A stretch of 64,000 nucleotides of DNA from positions 82,088,001 to 82,152,000 of the forward strand of contig OX597821.1 in assembly GCA_951406725.2 (NCBI GenBank). The letters run 5' to 3'. Under the pieces are notes generated by a model. That model searched no databases and was not told where the DNA came from. It was given only the letters and a program-made list of their open reading frames with translations. A program made the translations under genes and the position numbers. The stretch is from Octopus vulgaris (lineage: Eukaryota). Shown here piece after piece: positions 13,041 to 26,805 of this stretch; the first letter of the stretch is position 1, and each line of letters begins with the position of its first letter.

Positions 13041-13740
13041 TTAGGAAATTACCAACAGCATTCAAGAGTCATCTCTCCAAAGCTGATTTAGTGTGGAAAT
13101 ATTCCTATCCTATAGGATACAGGTTGATACAAATAGAAAAGTACTATAAAATAACAACAGTGGGACTAAAAAAAATGCTGAAAATAAGGGCTGTCCTGGC
13201 ATACACTCTGGCTACACTACTAAGAAACTGTTGTCAAAGTTCCATGCACTGAAACTGAAATATGCAGGTTGTGAAGCAGGGAAGTTAAAACAACACCAAT
13301 AATAATTAGAACACTAGATATGGTAAAAAGTATGAGCAAAACCATGGAAACCATATCAGGGTCCATAGCTTTATACACAAACAAAAAAATAGATCTGCTA
13401 GGTACAACCCTTATTTTATACAAGACACTTTCAGCTCAGTTGCACAACCCCAAAGATATGCTCTCTCTTCACAACACTTACCCAATATAATAACCACTGA
13501 ATAATATCCCTTCTATTAATGGTACAATGCCTGAAATTTCAGTAGGAAGGGGTCTAGTCGATTACATCAATCCCCACCCCATTCTTGACTAGTACTATTT
13601 CATCAACCCTGGAAGAACAAAATGCAATGCTAACCTCAGTGGAATTTGAACTCAGAACGTAGACACAGATAAAATGCTTAACAGCATTTTGTTTAGTAGG
13701 CTCACCACCTTCAACCTTGTAATCATACAACACCACTCAC

Positions 13741-13854
13741 ATAAAACATACATATTGTACACAATCCACAACACACTAATAATATAAGACAAGCAACTCT
13801 GTTGAATAATCGATACCCAACACTTAAAACACCAAGTACTCGGAATCTGCACAT
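13741..13854 (-). CDS. Candidate first coding exon encoding a signal-anchor, MCRFRVLGVLSVGYRLFNRVACLILLVCCGLCTICMFY (phase 0)
   Basis: ATG at 13854, 38 open codons ending at TAT|GTGAGT. A basic N-terminus precedes a ~19-aa hydrophobic, Cys-rich segment. Upstream unique sequence (to ~14200) looks like a 5'UTR with a short uORF. Confidence 0.5.
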
Positions 13855-14227
13855 TTGCCGTCCGTTCAACACAATCTTCACAGCAAATCCTCTGCAGAGT
13901 CAGAGTCCAGTAGTAAATCTTATAACACCAAATCCACAAAACCCATACTCCAAATAAACATTGCCTAACAAAACAACGCTACCCACATTGCACTTATTGT
14001 ATACAAAAAAAAAAAGAGATGAAATGTTAGAGTAACACCAGAAACAACAAACCAAATCCTACAACAAAAACCAAACTGACTTCGCATATAAATACGGTTG
14101 TTCTACATCCCCCAAAAGACAAATCTGCACACAACTGAGGAACGTGGTTGGAGCACTTGGTGACCTGGTGAAGCGAGAGAGAGAGAGAGACTCACATGAA
14201 ACTGTTCGCGATGATGGTGGTGGTAGT

Positions 14228-14340
14228 GAGAAGAGGAGGAAGAAGAAGAAGAGGAGGAGGAGGAGGAGGAGGAGGAGGAAGAAGAAGAAGAAGAAGAAGA
14301 AGAAGAAGAAGAAGAAGAAGAAGAAGAAGAAGAAGACGAA
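14228..14340. repeat. (GAG)n(GAA)n polypurine tract
   Basis: About 110 bp almost purely purine, just upstream of the candidate minus-strand first exon. Confidence 0.95.
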
Positions 14341-15729
14341 AGTGGTATCCAGAAGGTATTATTTAAGAGTATGATATGAGAGAAAGGAAGGAGATGAGAT
14401 GTGGGGGGTGGGTGATGTCTATTGATTCTCTTGTAGAATCTACCGTTATCTTATGGAATCCATCCAATCATATGTTCACATGATTACTGATATCTGCAGT
14501 AGTATAGATCTGATAATGTTAACCTGCACGCACATGCTTTCACATATATGTACATATATAAACGATTATATATATATATATATATGCACACATACACAAC
14601 AAATACCCATTTGAGAACACTCACACACGTATATACTCACACAGACATGCATACTCTGACATGCGCACATTCCCACACATTCCCCATTAACACATTTACT
14701 TTCACCCACCCTGAGCTTCTCTTACATGAAAACATGCGAAAACACCAACACATGTACATGCACACATAGAAAGGAGAATGCACAGATACATGTAGATATG
14801 GATATGCACACATCATCATCGTCATATCATTTACTGTCTGTTTTTCCTGCTGGCATGGGTTAGATGGTTTGATGGGAACTGGTAAGCTGGAGAGCTGTGC
14901 TGGGTTCCAGTCTGATTTGGATGCTCTTCTTAATGCCAACCACTCCAAGAGTGTAGTGGGTACCTTTTACGTGTTACCAGCATGGGTGCGATGTACATGG
15001 CACCAACAGGGTTACCTTTATGTGTCTCTGGCACAAGTGCCTTTTTTGTGTCGCCAGCATTGGCCATGACTATGATTTCACTTGGCTTGACAGGTCCTCT
15101 CAAGCACAGTACATCAGCCCCTGCTTCACCACCTCGTCCCATGTCTTCCTGGGTCTACTTCTACCACAGGTTCCTTCCACAGTTAGAGACTGGCACTTCT
15201 TTACACAGCTGTCCTTGTCCAACAGAAATGATTATAACTGAAGAAAAATAACAGACACAGGCATGGCTGTGTGGTCAAGAAGCTGGGAATGCAACTATAT
15301 TGTTTTAGGTCTAGTCCCACTGTATGGCTCCTTGGGCAAGTGTCCTCTACTATAGCCTTGGGCTGACCAATGCCTTGTGAGTGAATTTGCTTGACAGAAA
15401 CTATGTGGAAGCCCATCACGTGTGTGTCACTGTGTTTGTATTAGTTCCACCAGTACCACCTATTGACAACCAGTATTGATATTTTTTAATGTTCCTTGTA
15501 ACTTAGCAGTTCACCAAAAGAAAAAATAGAATAAGTATTAGATTTAAAATAACAAATGCCCATTATGACGCACAGTAAGACCGAACCAAGAAACTTATGA
15601 TTGCCAAGTGACCTCTTTAGCTACACAACCAAGCCTTCCTATACATATATATATATATATATACACACACACATGCACACACCTGTGTGTGTGTGTGTGT
15701 ATGTGTACATGTATGCATATGTATATGTA

Positions 15730-15775
<46 letters not shown>

Positions 15776-15816
15776 TATGAGTGTATATACACATACATAT
15801 ATGCATCATATAAGTG

Positions 15817-15852
<36 letters not shown>

Positions 15853-17089
15853 TATTCATATATATGTATACATACAAACACTCCAACACACATACATACA
15901 CATACACACACACACACATCCTCTGCCTAACATGCACAGTCACACACATTGTGCATGCTTTCACTCACAGACACACTGCCGGTGGCACATACCCCCTACT
16001 GCTATATTTCATTATGTTCCATCGTTAATTACAATTATATCCAAGAATCCTGTTCCTATTTCCTTTTCAAGAAATTAACTTATTAATTCTTAACAGATGT
16101 TCCAAGCAGGGCAAAAGTTTGGATGAACTGATGACAGTTTGGTGAATCTGTCTGTGACTGGAAGAATCTGTGACTATTGTGATAAAGAATTGTGCAACCT
16201 TAAGACCAATTATTTGGTTGAAATGAAGGAGTAGTGGACTTATGTATATACAAGTATGTGTGTGTGTGAGTGTGTGTGTGTGTGTGTATGTGTGTGTGTG
16301 TGTGTGTGTATGTGTGTGTGTTTTTGTGTGTGTGCATGTATATGTGCGTGTGTATGTGTGTATTGGTGTGTGCACTAGTCTGCATGCGCGAATGTGTGTA
16401 TGTATGAATGAGTGCATGTGTAGTATCTGTGTGTGTGTGAGCATGTGTTTGAGAGTGTGTGTTTATGTTCATTTGTCTGCGTGTATGTCTGAGTGTGTAC
16501 GAGTGTGTGGATGTGGGAGTATATGTACATGTGTGTGAGAGTGTGTTTGTATTCATTTGTGTATGTGTGTGTATATGTGCATGTGTGTGCCTGTATGTAT
16601 GAGTGCATATGTGTGTACGTATGCCTATGTGTGTGTACATATGCCTGAGTGTGTGTCTATGTGTGTATGTAAAGTGTAAATTTCGTTATGGGAATGTGAC
16701 TAAAGGTTCAACATGTATATGGCACACTTATACATGTGAACATGTATGTGTGTGTCTGTATTTATATAAGTCATCAGTTATTCTGCTAAGACCTAACATC
16801 CTGAGATGTGACTTCACCAAATCTTCCTACATGTTCTTCATTTATTCTCTTCATAGTCACCAATCCCTGACAGCATCCCAGTACTTTCTTCATCCCATAT
16901 TCCTTATCATTTCACATCACATGACTAACCCATCACAGTCAGTTTATCTGTTTTAGCTGCTCTCTTTAACCCTTCCATTACTAAATATCTAATAAAACAT
17001 CACAGCCTATGCATTTCACTAAATGTTTGCTTAGCAATCTATGCACACACACGTGTGCATATGTTATGAATATATATTCATAAGTGTAT

Positions 17090-17149
<60 letters not shown>

Positions 17150-17490
17150 ATATATATATATCATTGCCTTACTGGCACATGAAAAACATTTAAGCGAGGT
17201 CATTGCCAGTGCCGCTGGACTGGCTCCTCTGCAGATGGCACATAAAAAACACCACCTGAGTGTGGCTGTTGACAGTACCGCCTGACTGGCCCTCCTGCCG
17301 GTGGCACGTAAAAACACCCACTACACTCTTGGAGTGGTTGGCATTGGCAAGGGCATCCAGCAGTAGAAATTCTGCTGGATCAGACTGGAGCCTGGTGCAG
17401 CCATCTGATTCTCCAGTCCTCAGTCAAATCATCCAACCCATGCTAGTATGAAAAGCGGACGTTAAACAATGATGATGATGATGATGATAT

Positions 17491-17703
17491 AAGGGGGTGA
17501 TGAAAAGTTCCTCACTTTGGGTAAAAGAAAATACAAGAGTATCTGTAGATTATGATTTTATTCAACATATTCCCCTCTCAGATTCACGCACTTATTGCAG
17601 GTGTCCTTCAGATTCTCCAAGCCCTATAAAAGAACACGGAAGGTTGGCCCTCAAGCCAGACCTTTTGCAATATCCTTAAAGCCAAGAATTTTTCAGCACC
17701 TCA
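17491..17703 (+). mobile_element. Tc1/mariner-type MITE
   Basis: TIR-like ends (gggggtgatgaaaagttcct / agaatttttcagcacc); same family as 32557-33440 and 54980-55138. Confidence 0.75.
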
Positions 17704-17704
17704 T

Positions 17705-17759
<55 letters not shown>

Positions 17760-19946
17760 GTATGTATAGTATCTGTGCGTGTGTGTGTGAGCATGTGTTT
17801 GTTAGTGTGTGGATGTAGGTGTATATGTGCATGTGTGTGAGAGTGTGTTTGTATTCATTTGTGTGTATGTGTGTGCATGTATGCCTCTGTGTGTGAGTGT
17901 GTATGTGTATATATATGCATATATGCATATATATATATACATATATGCACGCATGTATGTATAGTAATAAGTAGGTCATGAATTATATACATGAGGGCTA
18001 AGAATCAAAACTAAGGATCTCCATATATATATTACAGCAAATAGAATATGTGCAGGCATAGCAGTATTGTTAAGATGCTTGCTTCTGAACCATGTGATTG
18101 TTGGTTTGATCTCACTGTGGGGCACCTTGTGCAAATGTCTTCTACAATAGTTCCTGGCTAATCAAAGCCTTGTGAGTGGATTTGGGAGACAGAAACAGAA
18201 AGAAGCCTATTGTGTATGTATGTGTGTGTGTCTGTGTGCACGCATGCATATGTGTATAGTGCATGTGTATGTGTACATGTGCATGTGTGTGTGTGCATGG
18301 TGTGTATGCTTGTGTGTGTATGGGTGTATGCATTCATGTATATGTGTATGTGCATGCATGCATGTGTGTGTGTGTTTGAGTGCATGAATATATGTATGTT
18401 TGTGTATGATTGCATGTGCATGTATATGCACATGTGTGTATGCATGCACATGCTGTATGTATGTGTATATGTGTGTGTGTGTGTTGTGTGTGTGTATGTG
18501 TATACGTGTATCCTTGTCTAGACATCATGAGGAGGTTGTAAATGAACTTCGTCATAATACAAGTGAGTTTGTTTGTTTCCAGTCTTGTGTGAAAACTATA
18601 TCTGGCCATGGGGTAATATTACTTTGCTTGGAAGCAGGTGAGGTTTGATGACAGGAAGGGCATCCAGTTGTAGAAAAATCTGCATCAGCAAATTCCATCT
18701 AACCCATCCAAGCATGGAAAAATGGACATTAAATGATGATGATCATGATGATGATGATTGTCGGAAGTGGGAGACTGGTTGGTACTAATGACTTCAGGGC
18801 CCTTGAGATTGGTGGGAAGAAGTTTTCCTCACCTGTCTTTAATGCATGCAACAAAACAGTTTCTGATAAAGTCCCTTAAGGGCCGAGTTCCAGTCTAAAA
18901 GTGGGTGACAAACCAAATCTAACACCAAAAGTTTCAGAAAATAAATAAATGTATAGATATAAGTGCAGGAGCGGCTGTGTGGTAAGTAGCTTGCTTTGCA
19001 ACCATGTGGCTTTTGGTTCAGTCTCACTGCGTGATACTTTGGGCAAGTGACTCCTGATATAACCCTGGGCCAATTAATACCTTATCGATAGAAACTGTGC
19101 AGGAGTCAGTTGTATGCATATGAATGCATGCGTCTGTTTTTGTGTTTATCCACCACCATCACTTAATGAACAGTGTTGGTTTGTTTATATCCTCCATGTC
19201 TAATTGTTTCAGTATAAAAGACCAATAAAAGAAGTATCAGACTTCAGAAAATTAGTCAGAACAGGGGGGGGGATTTCATTGACTAAAAACCTTCAAGGCA
19301 GTGCTCCAGAATGGCCAAAGCCCAATGAATGAAACAAGTAAAAGACAAAAATAAAGTAAATAAAAGTTTTAAAAAATGGAGGGATTTACTATTTAGTAAA
19401 ATGATTTTCTGCATCATAATTCATCTGATGTTTGGAATATAATAATAAAATTTTCTTACATAAAGTTACGAGGGAACTGTTTTTTTTTTCTTTTGTAATT
19501 TAAATCTGAACGTTTTAAAGTAGAGAGTTTTTCTGTTGTACTGCTAGGGGGCGTTCTCAGGCGGGTTCATATCAAAAGGATTTACATACAGCTGCTCTCT
19601 GTGTCCACATTTTATCATCTTTGCATACAAGTAAACACTAGACATCTAATAAATCATGATCGTCCAATTTCTCACCAAGCTACACACAGTCAATGCTTAT
19701 GTTTTGTGACCATGAAGTCTCACACTTTTCATGCATGCACAAAACAGGGCCATGGACATGCTGCCCCTTTATTGCACTGGTAAATAAAAACTTTGATACA
19801 GCCAGCCACCACTGGCATTAATTAAATCGCTTAGGAAACATAAAACACCTTATTAATTATATCTGGTAAAGAACCTGGCCAGTTCATGGAGTTTATTTTA
19901 AGGATGATTCAACTGTAAGATACACCCGTGCATATATATATATAAT

Positions 19947-19980
<34 letters not shown>

Positions 19981-20014
19981 GGATGTTTTGATGGATGGAT
20001 GGGTAGGTAGGTAA

Positions 20015-20074
<60 letters not shown>

Positions 20075-20141
20075 ATAGACAGATAGATAGATAGATAGAG
20101 ATAAATAGATAGATAGATAGATAGATAGATAAATAGATAGA

Positions 20142-20530
20142 TGTATTTATTATTCTTTAACAAGAATAGTATGGACATTGACTTTAAAGTTTCATATTTC
20201 TTTACTGCCCACAAGGGCACTACACACAGAGGGGACAAATGAGGAGACAAATGGATTAAGTCAATTATATCGACCCCAGGGCGTAATTGATACTTATTTA
20301 ATTGACCCCGAAAAGGTGAAAGGCCAAGTCGACCTCAGCAGTATTTGAACTCAGAACGTAGCAGCAGACGAAATACCGCTAAGCATTACGCCTGGTGTGC
20401 TAACGTTTCTGCCAGGTGGCCACCTTAAAAGATTTCAAAGTTTTGGCCAGCTAAACCATCATCAGATCGTAATGTGATCTGATAATGGCTTAGTTGGCCA
20501 TACTGTTCTTGTTAAAGAATAATAAATATG
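20142..20530 (-). mobile_element. Fold-back element with hammerhead-like motifs, interrupted by a family B SINE (20195-20426)
   Basis: Outer inverted arms 20142-20174 / 20498-20530 and inner hairpin 20444-20468 / 20476-20500. Minus strand has CTGATGA (20465-20459) and GAAAC-tttaaa-GTC (20193-20180). Confidence 0.5.
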
Positions 20531-20969
20531 TTCTCTACCAAATGTATTGAGTAATTCTTCAATTTAATGTAAAATTATTATGATTGGCATAAAAAAAATC
20601 AAACACAAATAAGAACTTGAAGAAAGAGTTTCAATCATCTTTAATTACCAGTTGCAATTGTTTCGGTACCACTCTGTTTTGAACACTATTGCATGCAAAA
20701 CTTCCACATGGAAAGTTATGTGGGTTTGCAGTTCTAAACATTAGAATGACACTTCACTAGACTCGCATTAAAACGTGCACTATGTATAGAACTCAATACA
20801 GGAGTATGTGTAAATATATTTTATTTTTAATTGACAAAATTTACAAAAGTGACTTGAGAGCACTGAGAGTTTTGTGCCTATTATTCACATATTAAACTGA
20901 TCATGTGTGTGTGTGTGAGTATCACATACACACACACAGACATGCATCTGGCATTCTGTTGCTTATATG

Positions 20970-21271
20970 GATGGGGGTTCCAATTCATCTGATCAATGGA
21001 ACAGCTTGCTTATGAGATTAACGTGCAAGTGGCTGAGCATTCCTTAGACACATGCCCCTTCACATACTTCCCAGTGAGATTCAGTGTGACACAGAATGTG
21101 ACAAGGCTGGCCTCTTGAAATACAGCTACCACTCGTTTTTGCCAGCTAAGTGGACAGGAGCAATGTGAAATAAAGTATCTTGGTCAAGGACACAACACGT
21201 CGCCAGGAATCGAACTTGTGACCCTATGATCATGAGCCGAATACCTTAACCACTAAGCCACACTCCTTCAC
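20970..21271 (-). mobile_element. tRNA-derived SINE (family C)
   Basis: Minus strand has an A-box-like tggcttagtggttaagg and a B-box gttcgattcc. Related copies at about 4160-4382, 23975-24115, 32430-32555, 37298-37557 and 39301-39550. Confidence 0.75.
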
Positions 21272-23027
21272 ACATACATAGATACCAGGGATGTGATGCC
21301 TGGGTAGGCAAGGTAGGCAGTGTCTACCCTGAATAAAATAGATTGATAGTAATATTTTCCTTTTATGGCAAAATATGCACTTAATTCTATAAAATTATGA
21401 AGGTTACTCTGATTACTATGCATAAAATACAAAATATTTTTTTTTTTTTGTAGAATAGGTAGACAATTCACCCCTGCTTTTCAATCTCAGTATTAAAGCT
21501 ATGCATAGAACTGCTGTAGTACACATGCTGCATACATTCCTACAACAACATTTTCTTTATGCACTATAAAGGTAAAAGTAATTCTGCCTCCAACTCAGTC
21601 ATGCACCTGTATTTTGCTTATTTCTTTTGTGCATTTTACTACATAAACGTCACCAACTGTCTACCCTGAGTAATTACTGATGGCACGTACCTGGCACATA
21701 CCTACACACACAAATTGTATCTTGGAAAAGTCTGAGACTGAACAACTTTGATTTGAATTCTATTCAGGACTTGAGGGAAGGTAGAACAAAGTGTTTCAGC
21801 CAGAGATACAAAAGAAATACCTGTTGTGGAATGGGACTCCTGATTCATGAGCAGGTAGCCCAATACCTTACTCACCTTACCTTTGTCTGTCTCTAAACAT
21901 AAACACATACAGGTACAATATATATGTCTGAATGTAAGTATATAAACATATACACACATATGTATAACAATTCACTTATGCACATATACACACATATGTA
22001 TAATAATTCACTTATGCACACATACACACACAATTGCATACACACTTATACACACATGAAATGCAAAGAAAAAAATTCTAAATAAAATACAAATGAATTA
22101 ACAATTACAGAATACTACAGGGTGCTGTGTGCAAAGTGCCAAACATGAAATTAAGGGTAAATATCTTAAATGCTTTCAGTGAAGCATATTTATTTGTTTA
22201 CTTTAATTTCTGTACACCTTATTTATTCATTCAAATATTAATTAAATCCAAATACATAGTGCTTCCTTAGCTTGAAGAAATCAAGTAAGCCCCAATGAAA
22301 ATTGCTTTAAAAGTTTCACCTTAAATTGGGGAAAAAAAAAATTATCCAGATAAGAAAAACATAAATGATCATTATGTAAAACTAGTTAAAAATGATGATT
22401 CAAGAGTTTTAATGAATAAGATGAAGTAATTATAAATCATAAAATTAACTGTCTATCTGAACAACGCCCCTGCATTCTTTGAGTACCAAACTATTAACTC
22501 TTAGGTATGTAGGAGGTTTACTTGAATCAAAACTTTCCTTATCATGATCTTTTTAACACCAAATGTGGCAGAAGAAATTCTTTGGTCTTTGGAAGTAATT
22601 AGGGTTTTCTAATAGTAGAGAGGGAAATTAAGCTTTTGTAGAAGAAAGGATTCTTTGGAAACATCAACAGATTTTTTGGTGGTGCTGTACATTTTTAATC
22701 TTCTTCTTTAATGAGTTAATAACAAAAGACAAAAACAAGAAGGTTTAAAAAGAAAAATAATATATTTTGTATTTAATGACTTGAACAAATTTTTCTCGGT
22801 CAGCAAGAAATGAGGTGGGATATGATTGTTAGAAATATTTTGATTATTTTCAGATTTCTTTGTTTTGGAATTTATATTGTGGTTATGCATGTGAATGTTT
22901 ATTTAACTGTGTGTATATGTGTGTATAAACACACTTACAAATACATATATTATATACATATATACATATATTTACATATACATGTATTTGTATGTGTGTA
23001 TATATATATATATATCCATAAATATAT

Positions 23028-23069
<42 letters not shown>

Positions 23070-23123
23070 GCATACACACACATATACATATACACACAGA
23101 CACACATACAATTATCTATGCAT

Positions 23124-23160
<37 letters not shown>

Positions 23161-23653
23161 GTGCGTGTGTTGGTATTTCTGTCTGCATATTTACCCAAAT
23201 ACATTCATATTCATATGTCAGTAAATGTTTTTTTTTCCTTTTTTTCCTTTTTTTTTTACAATGATGGCATTTCACCAACTCACATGGTTAATTTCTGGCC
23301 ATCCATCAATATTTATTTATCTCTTGTAAACGTGGAGATAAACAATTACAGTGGTAAGATACTTTATTTATCTTTCAGTTAGTCTTTTACTTACAAGAGT
23401 GGCCATAGCTTAATGCAGGCCATCCAAGACCAGCAACAATGATGCTGCTAATATTCAGCTTAAATGCTGTCAGTTGACACTAACAGGGAAGACATAAATT
23501 CTGGGAGGATGTCATGTTGGGGAAGAAAAATAGGGTTTAGTGGTTAGTGTGGGGTTAAGTCATGGCTGTTGGACACAACATTGGTGATGAGAGGAAGAGA
23601 AGAAATAAGAGAAGCAAGCGCAACCAAGAAACTGCATCACCTAGTTGTTAGTG

Positions 23654-23971
23654 CAGGGGTTCTTAACCATTTTAAAAAATCTATGGACCCCTTTCATTAC
23701 TATTTTATTCTGGTGGACCCCCATAGCCATTTGATGTTAGTTTTATAGAAACCCCTTTCAAAATTCCTATTTTGCTTTTCCCATGTTCACTTGTGTAGGT
23801 TGAACTATGTAAAATGTTAAAGAAAGAAACCTCACTATTTGTTATAATAAATACCAAAACACAAAATTTTTGCAGGGGCCCTTAAAATATTATTGTGAAC
23901 CCCCAGTTAACTATTTTGTTGTGTGGGCCCCTGAGAATCTAATATGGGCCCTCAGGAGTTGAGAACCACTG
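23654..23971. mobile_element. hAT-type MITE
   Basis: TIRs caggggttcttaac / gttgagaaccactg; internal ggacccc repeats; TSD decayed. Confidence 0.65.
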
Positions 23972-24916
23972 GGTTTGGGTGCTGCTCTCATAATCATGAG
24001 AGCATGGTTTCTATCCCTAGGCTAGCTGTTTGCTGTGTTCTTGAGCAAAACACTTCATTTCACATTGCTCCAGTCCACCCAGATGTAAATGGATAACTTT
24101 GTGATGGATTGGCATCAGGGGCATATATTCTGGGAGTGCTAGGTGTGCACTGCACACCCATCGAAAATGGTAAATTCTTTATAAATATTAACCTCTCTCA
24201 TTAATTTGATCACAAATCTTAATGGAAAACCTTTGTTATACCCCTGCTTGAATTTCGGTGGCATTGGGTGTGGCAGCATACCCAATACAACAACCACCAT
24301 ACACCATTGACTGGCATACAAGGGTGAGATGGTGACTCAGGAGAATCCCTTAAATGGAGGACTTGCAAGCCACGTTTTGTATTCAGCAATCAAAAGGGTG
24401 AATAGTACAACCTGTACTGTGATTTTCGACTGGTTGGGATTGGTTGTTCAACCATGTCGAAGGGTAAAAGAATTAGAAGTGGCATCAGAGACTGTTGGCA
24501 GAAAAGGAAGGAATAGAGTGGTGTCATTATGTTTAAGGACTGGAGGCTAGAGACAGTTTGAAACTTTTTTTATTTCATATAATACCTCACTGTATTGTGC
24601 TGTGCCAAGCTCAATCATTTTTCAATTCTTTGTGGTTAATTAAAAATCACCATCATTATCGTTATTATAAAAATAGATAACTAAATAAAAATATAAAAAA
24701 ATTCATCATCATCATCATTATTATTATTATTTTACAACATGCTTCTTTCAGTTTCCATCTACCAACTTCACTTACAGGGCTTTGATCAGCTCAAGGCTGT
24801 AGTAGAAAGCACTTGACCAAGGTGCCACACAGTGGGACTGAATCGAGAGCTGCATGGTTGGGAAGCAAGTTGCTTACCACATAGCCATGTACCTACACCT
24901 ATAAAAAATTCTTCTG

Positions 24917-24951
24917 TGGAGATGTCAGGGATTGAACCTAGGGCCTTTCAC
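24917..24951 (-). pseudogene. 3' half of a tRNA-Ala-like gene (fragment)
   Basis: Minus strand gtgaaaggccctaggttcaatccctgacatctcca gives T-arm, B-box and the Ala-type acceptor end (...CATCTCCA), followed ~10 nt later by TTTTTT. The 5' half is absent. Confidence 0.5.
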
Positions 24952-25907
24952 TTAATTATTATTATTGTTTCTACTATTGGCACGGGGGAAAGTATTGGAA
25001 AAATGTTTTGCAGTGTGTTTTATCACTTCAGTTTTTGAACTTAATTCCTGCTGAGGTCAGTTTTGTTTTTCATTCTGAGGGCAGTTGTCCTCTGGGATTC
25101 AAGTTCAAAACATTAAGAGCTTGAAGAAATGCTACTAAGCATTACATCGACACCAATACTTAGCTGATACTTTGTTTTAGCAATCCCAAAAGGTTGAAAT
25201 GCAAAAGAGACCTTGGCAGGATTTGAACTCACCTCTAAGCATTTTTTCTAACATGCTTGCAATTCTGCTGGCACATTTTACCAAATTATTAATATTCTTA
25301 TTCCCATGACACATTTGTTTACTATATTTAGTAATGCTGAATAAATTCTAAACACCAACAAAACAAATATAACATACATTAATATATACAGTATACCTCT
25401 ATTACATATGTGATCGTTGGGGGTCCATAAATGTCATAGTGAATAAAAAAAAAGAAGAGGTGTGTGAAATAAGGTTCAAGAAAATCTATTTAGAGAAAAA
25501 TAAAGAAATAAAATAAATCCAATGAGTCAGTTTTATATATGAATTTATGTCAAATTGAGGGGCATTGCAACGGGGCTGTGCTATCGTCATAATACTGAAT
25601 ATTGAATGTAAACAGGAGACGGCTTTCTCTAGTTATCATATTGTGAGATACATAGATCTTTATTTAATTCCCTAGTTTTAGATGGATTCCCCCAGCTATT
25701 TTTTTTAAAAGGCTATTTGAAAGCATCTGGTATCTGAAGTAGTAGGTTTATGGTACACATCTGGAGTATATTGGTGTTACAGAATAAAAGAAGCAGTCAC
25801 TTTCGGAAAAGAAAAAAACAAGTAAAAGTAATATTGGGTAAATAAAGATTCTAACAAGGATGAAAGAAATATAATACTTCTGTCTATTTAATATCATATT
25901 CTCTTCA

Positions 25908-26007
<100 letters not shown>

Positions 26008-26805
26008 GATATTTATCTATCTTTTATTTTTTGGTTCCAAGAAATATTTTTATTTCTTACACCCACAGTTTATTTATTTTACAACACTCCCTCCCATACT
26101 AAACACTTCCTTGCATATTTCTTCTCTGGAAATACATATTTTATTGTAAAATAAATCTTTGCCATAAATTCTACATTTCTTTAAATACCTACACTTCATA
26201 TAAATTGCAGAAATATCATTAAGCGTTTTAAGTTGCTAATTTTGGTCAAATTTACAGGCTTCAAGTCAGGGTTTAGTTATATACTTCCGTATATCCATGA
26301 CCATTTCACAATCACTTTTACTCATACACATATTTCTGTCTCAATAATGTTATCCTCATCCCACATAGGAATTATCCACAATTCACCAAGATACTTCATT
26401 CATTTACTTCCACCCCATTCCAGTAAATAATTATCTTCCAATGTGGACATGAAAACCTGGACAGTTTCAACTGCACCAAAATATATTAACTACACCCACC
26501 TAGGAGACACATTTTCAATTCAAGTCAACAACAGAGCTTTTAGCATGTTAGTGCTAGCAGCCAGATTCCACTCTACACCACCCTACCGTTTTAACCATTT
26601 TACTGTGGAAATCAGATATATTTACTCAAAATTTCATTACCCTTGACAGCAGAAGGTAGTTTTACATACCAACCTATCTTCTGTTGAGGAATGTCATGTT
26701 TGAAAGTATGTTTTGTTGAGATATGTCAAGTTTACTGAGGCAACATGACTTGCAGAAAATACCAATTCTATTTTTTGGTAAATATCTAAAATCATTACCG
26801 GAATC

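Noticed and set aside
23299-23308. Hox/Pbx-type site TGATGGATGG (minus strand)
   Set aside because: A single 10-mer resembling (ATGG)n repeats that are common in this sequence.
25735-25754. let-7-like sequence TGAAGTAGTAGGTTTATGGT
   Set aside because: Seed mismatch plus a deletion, and no complementary star arm nearby, so not a pre-miRNA.
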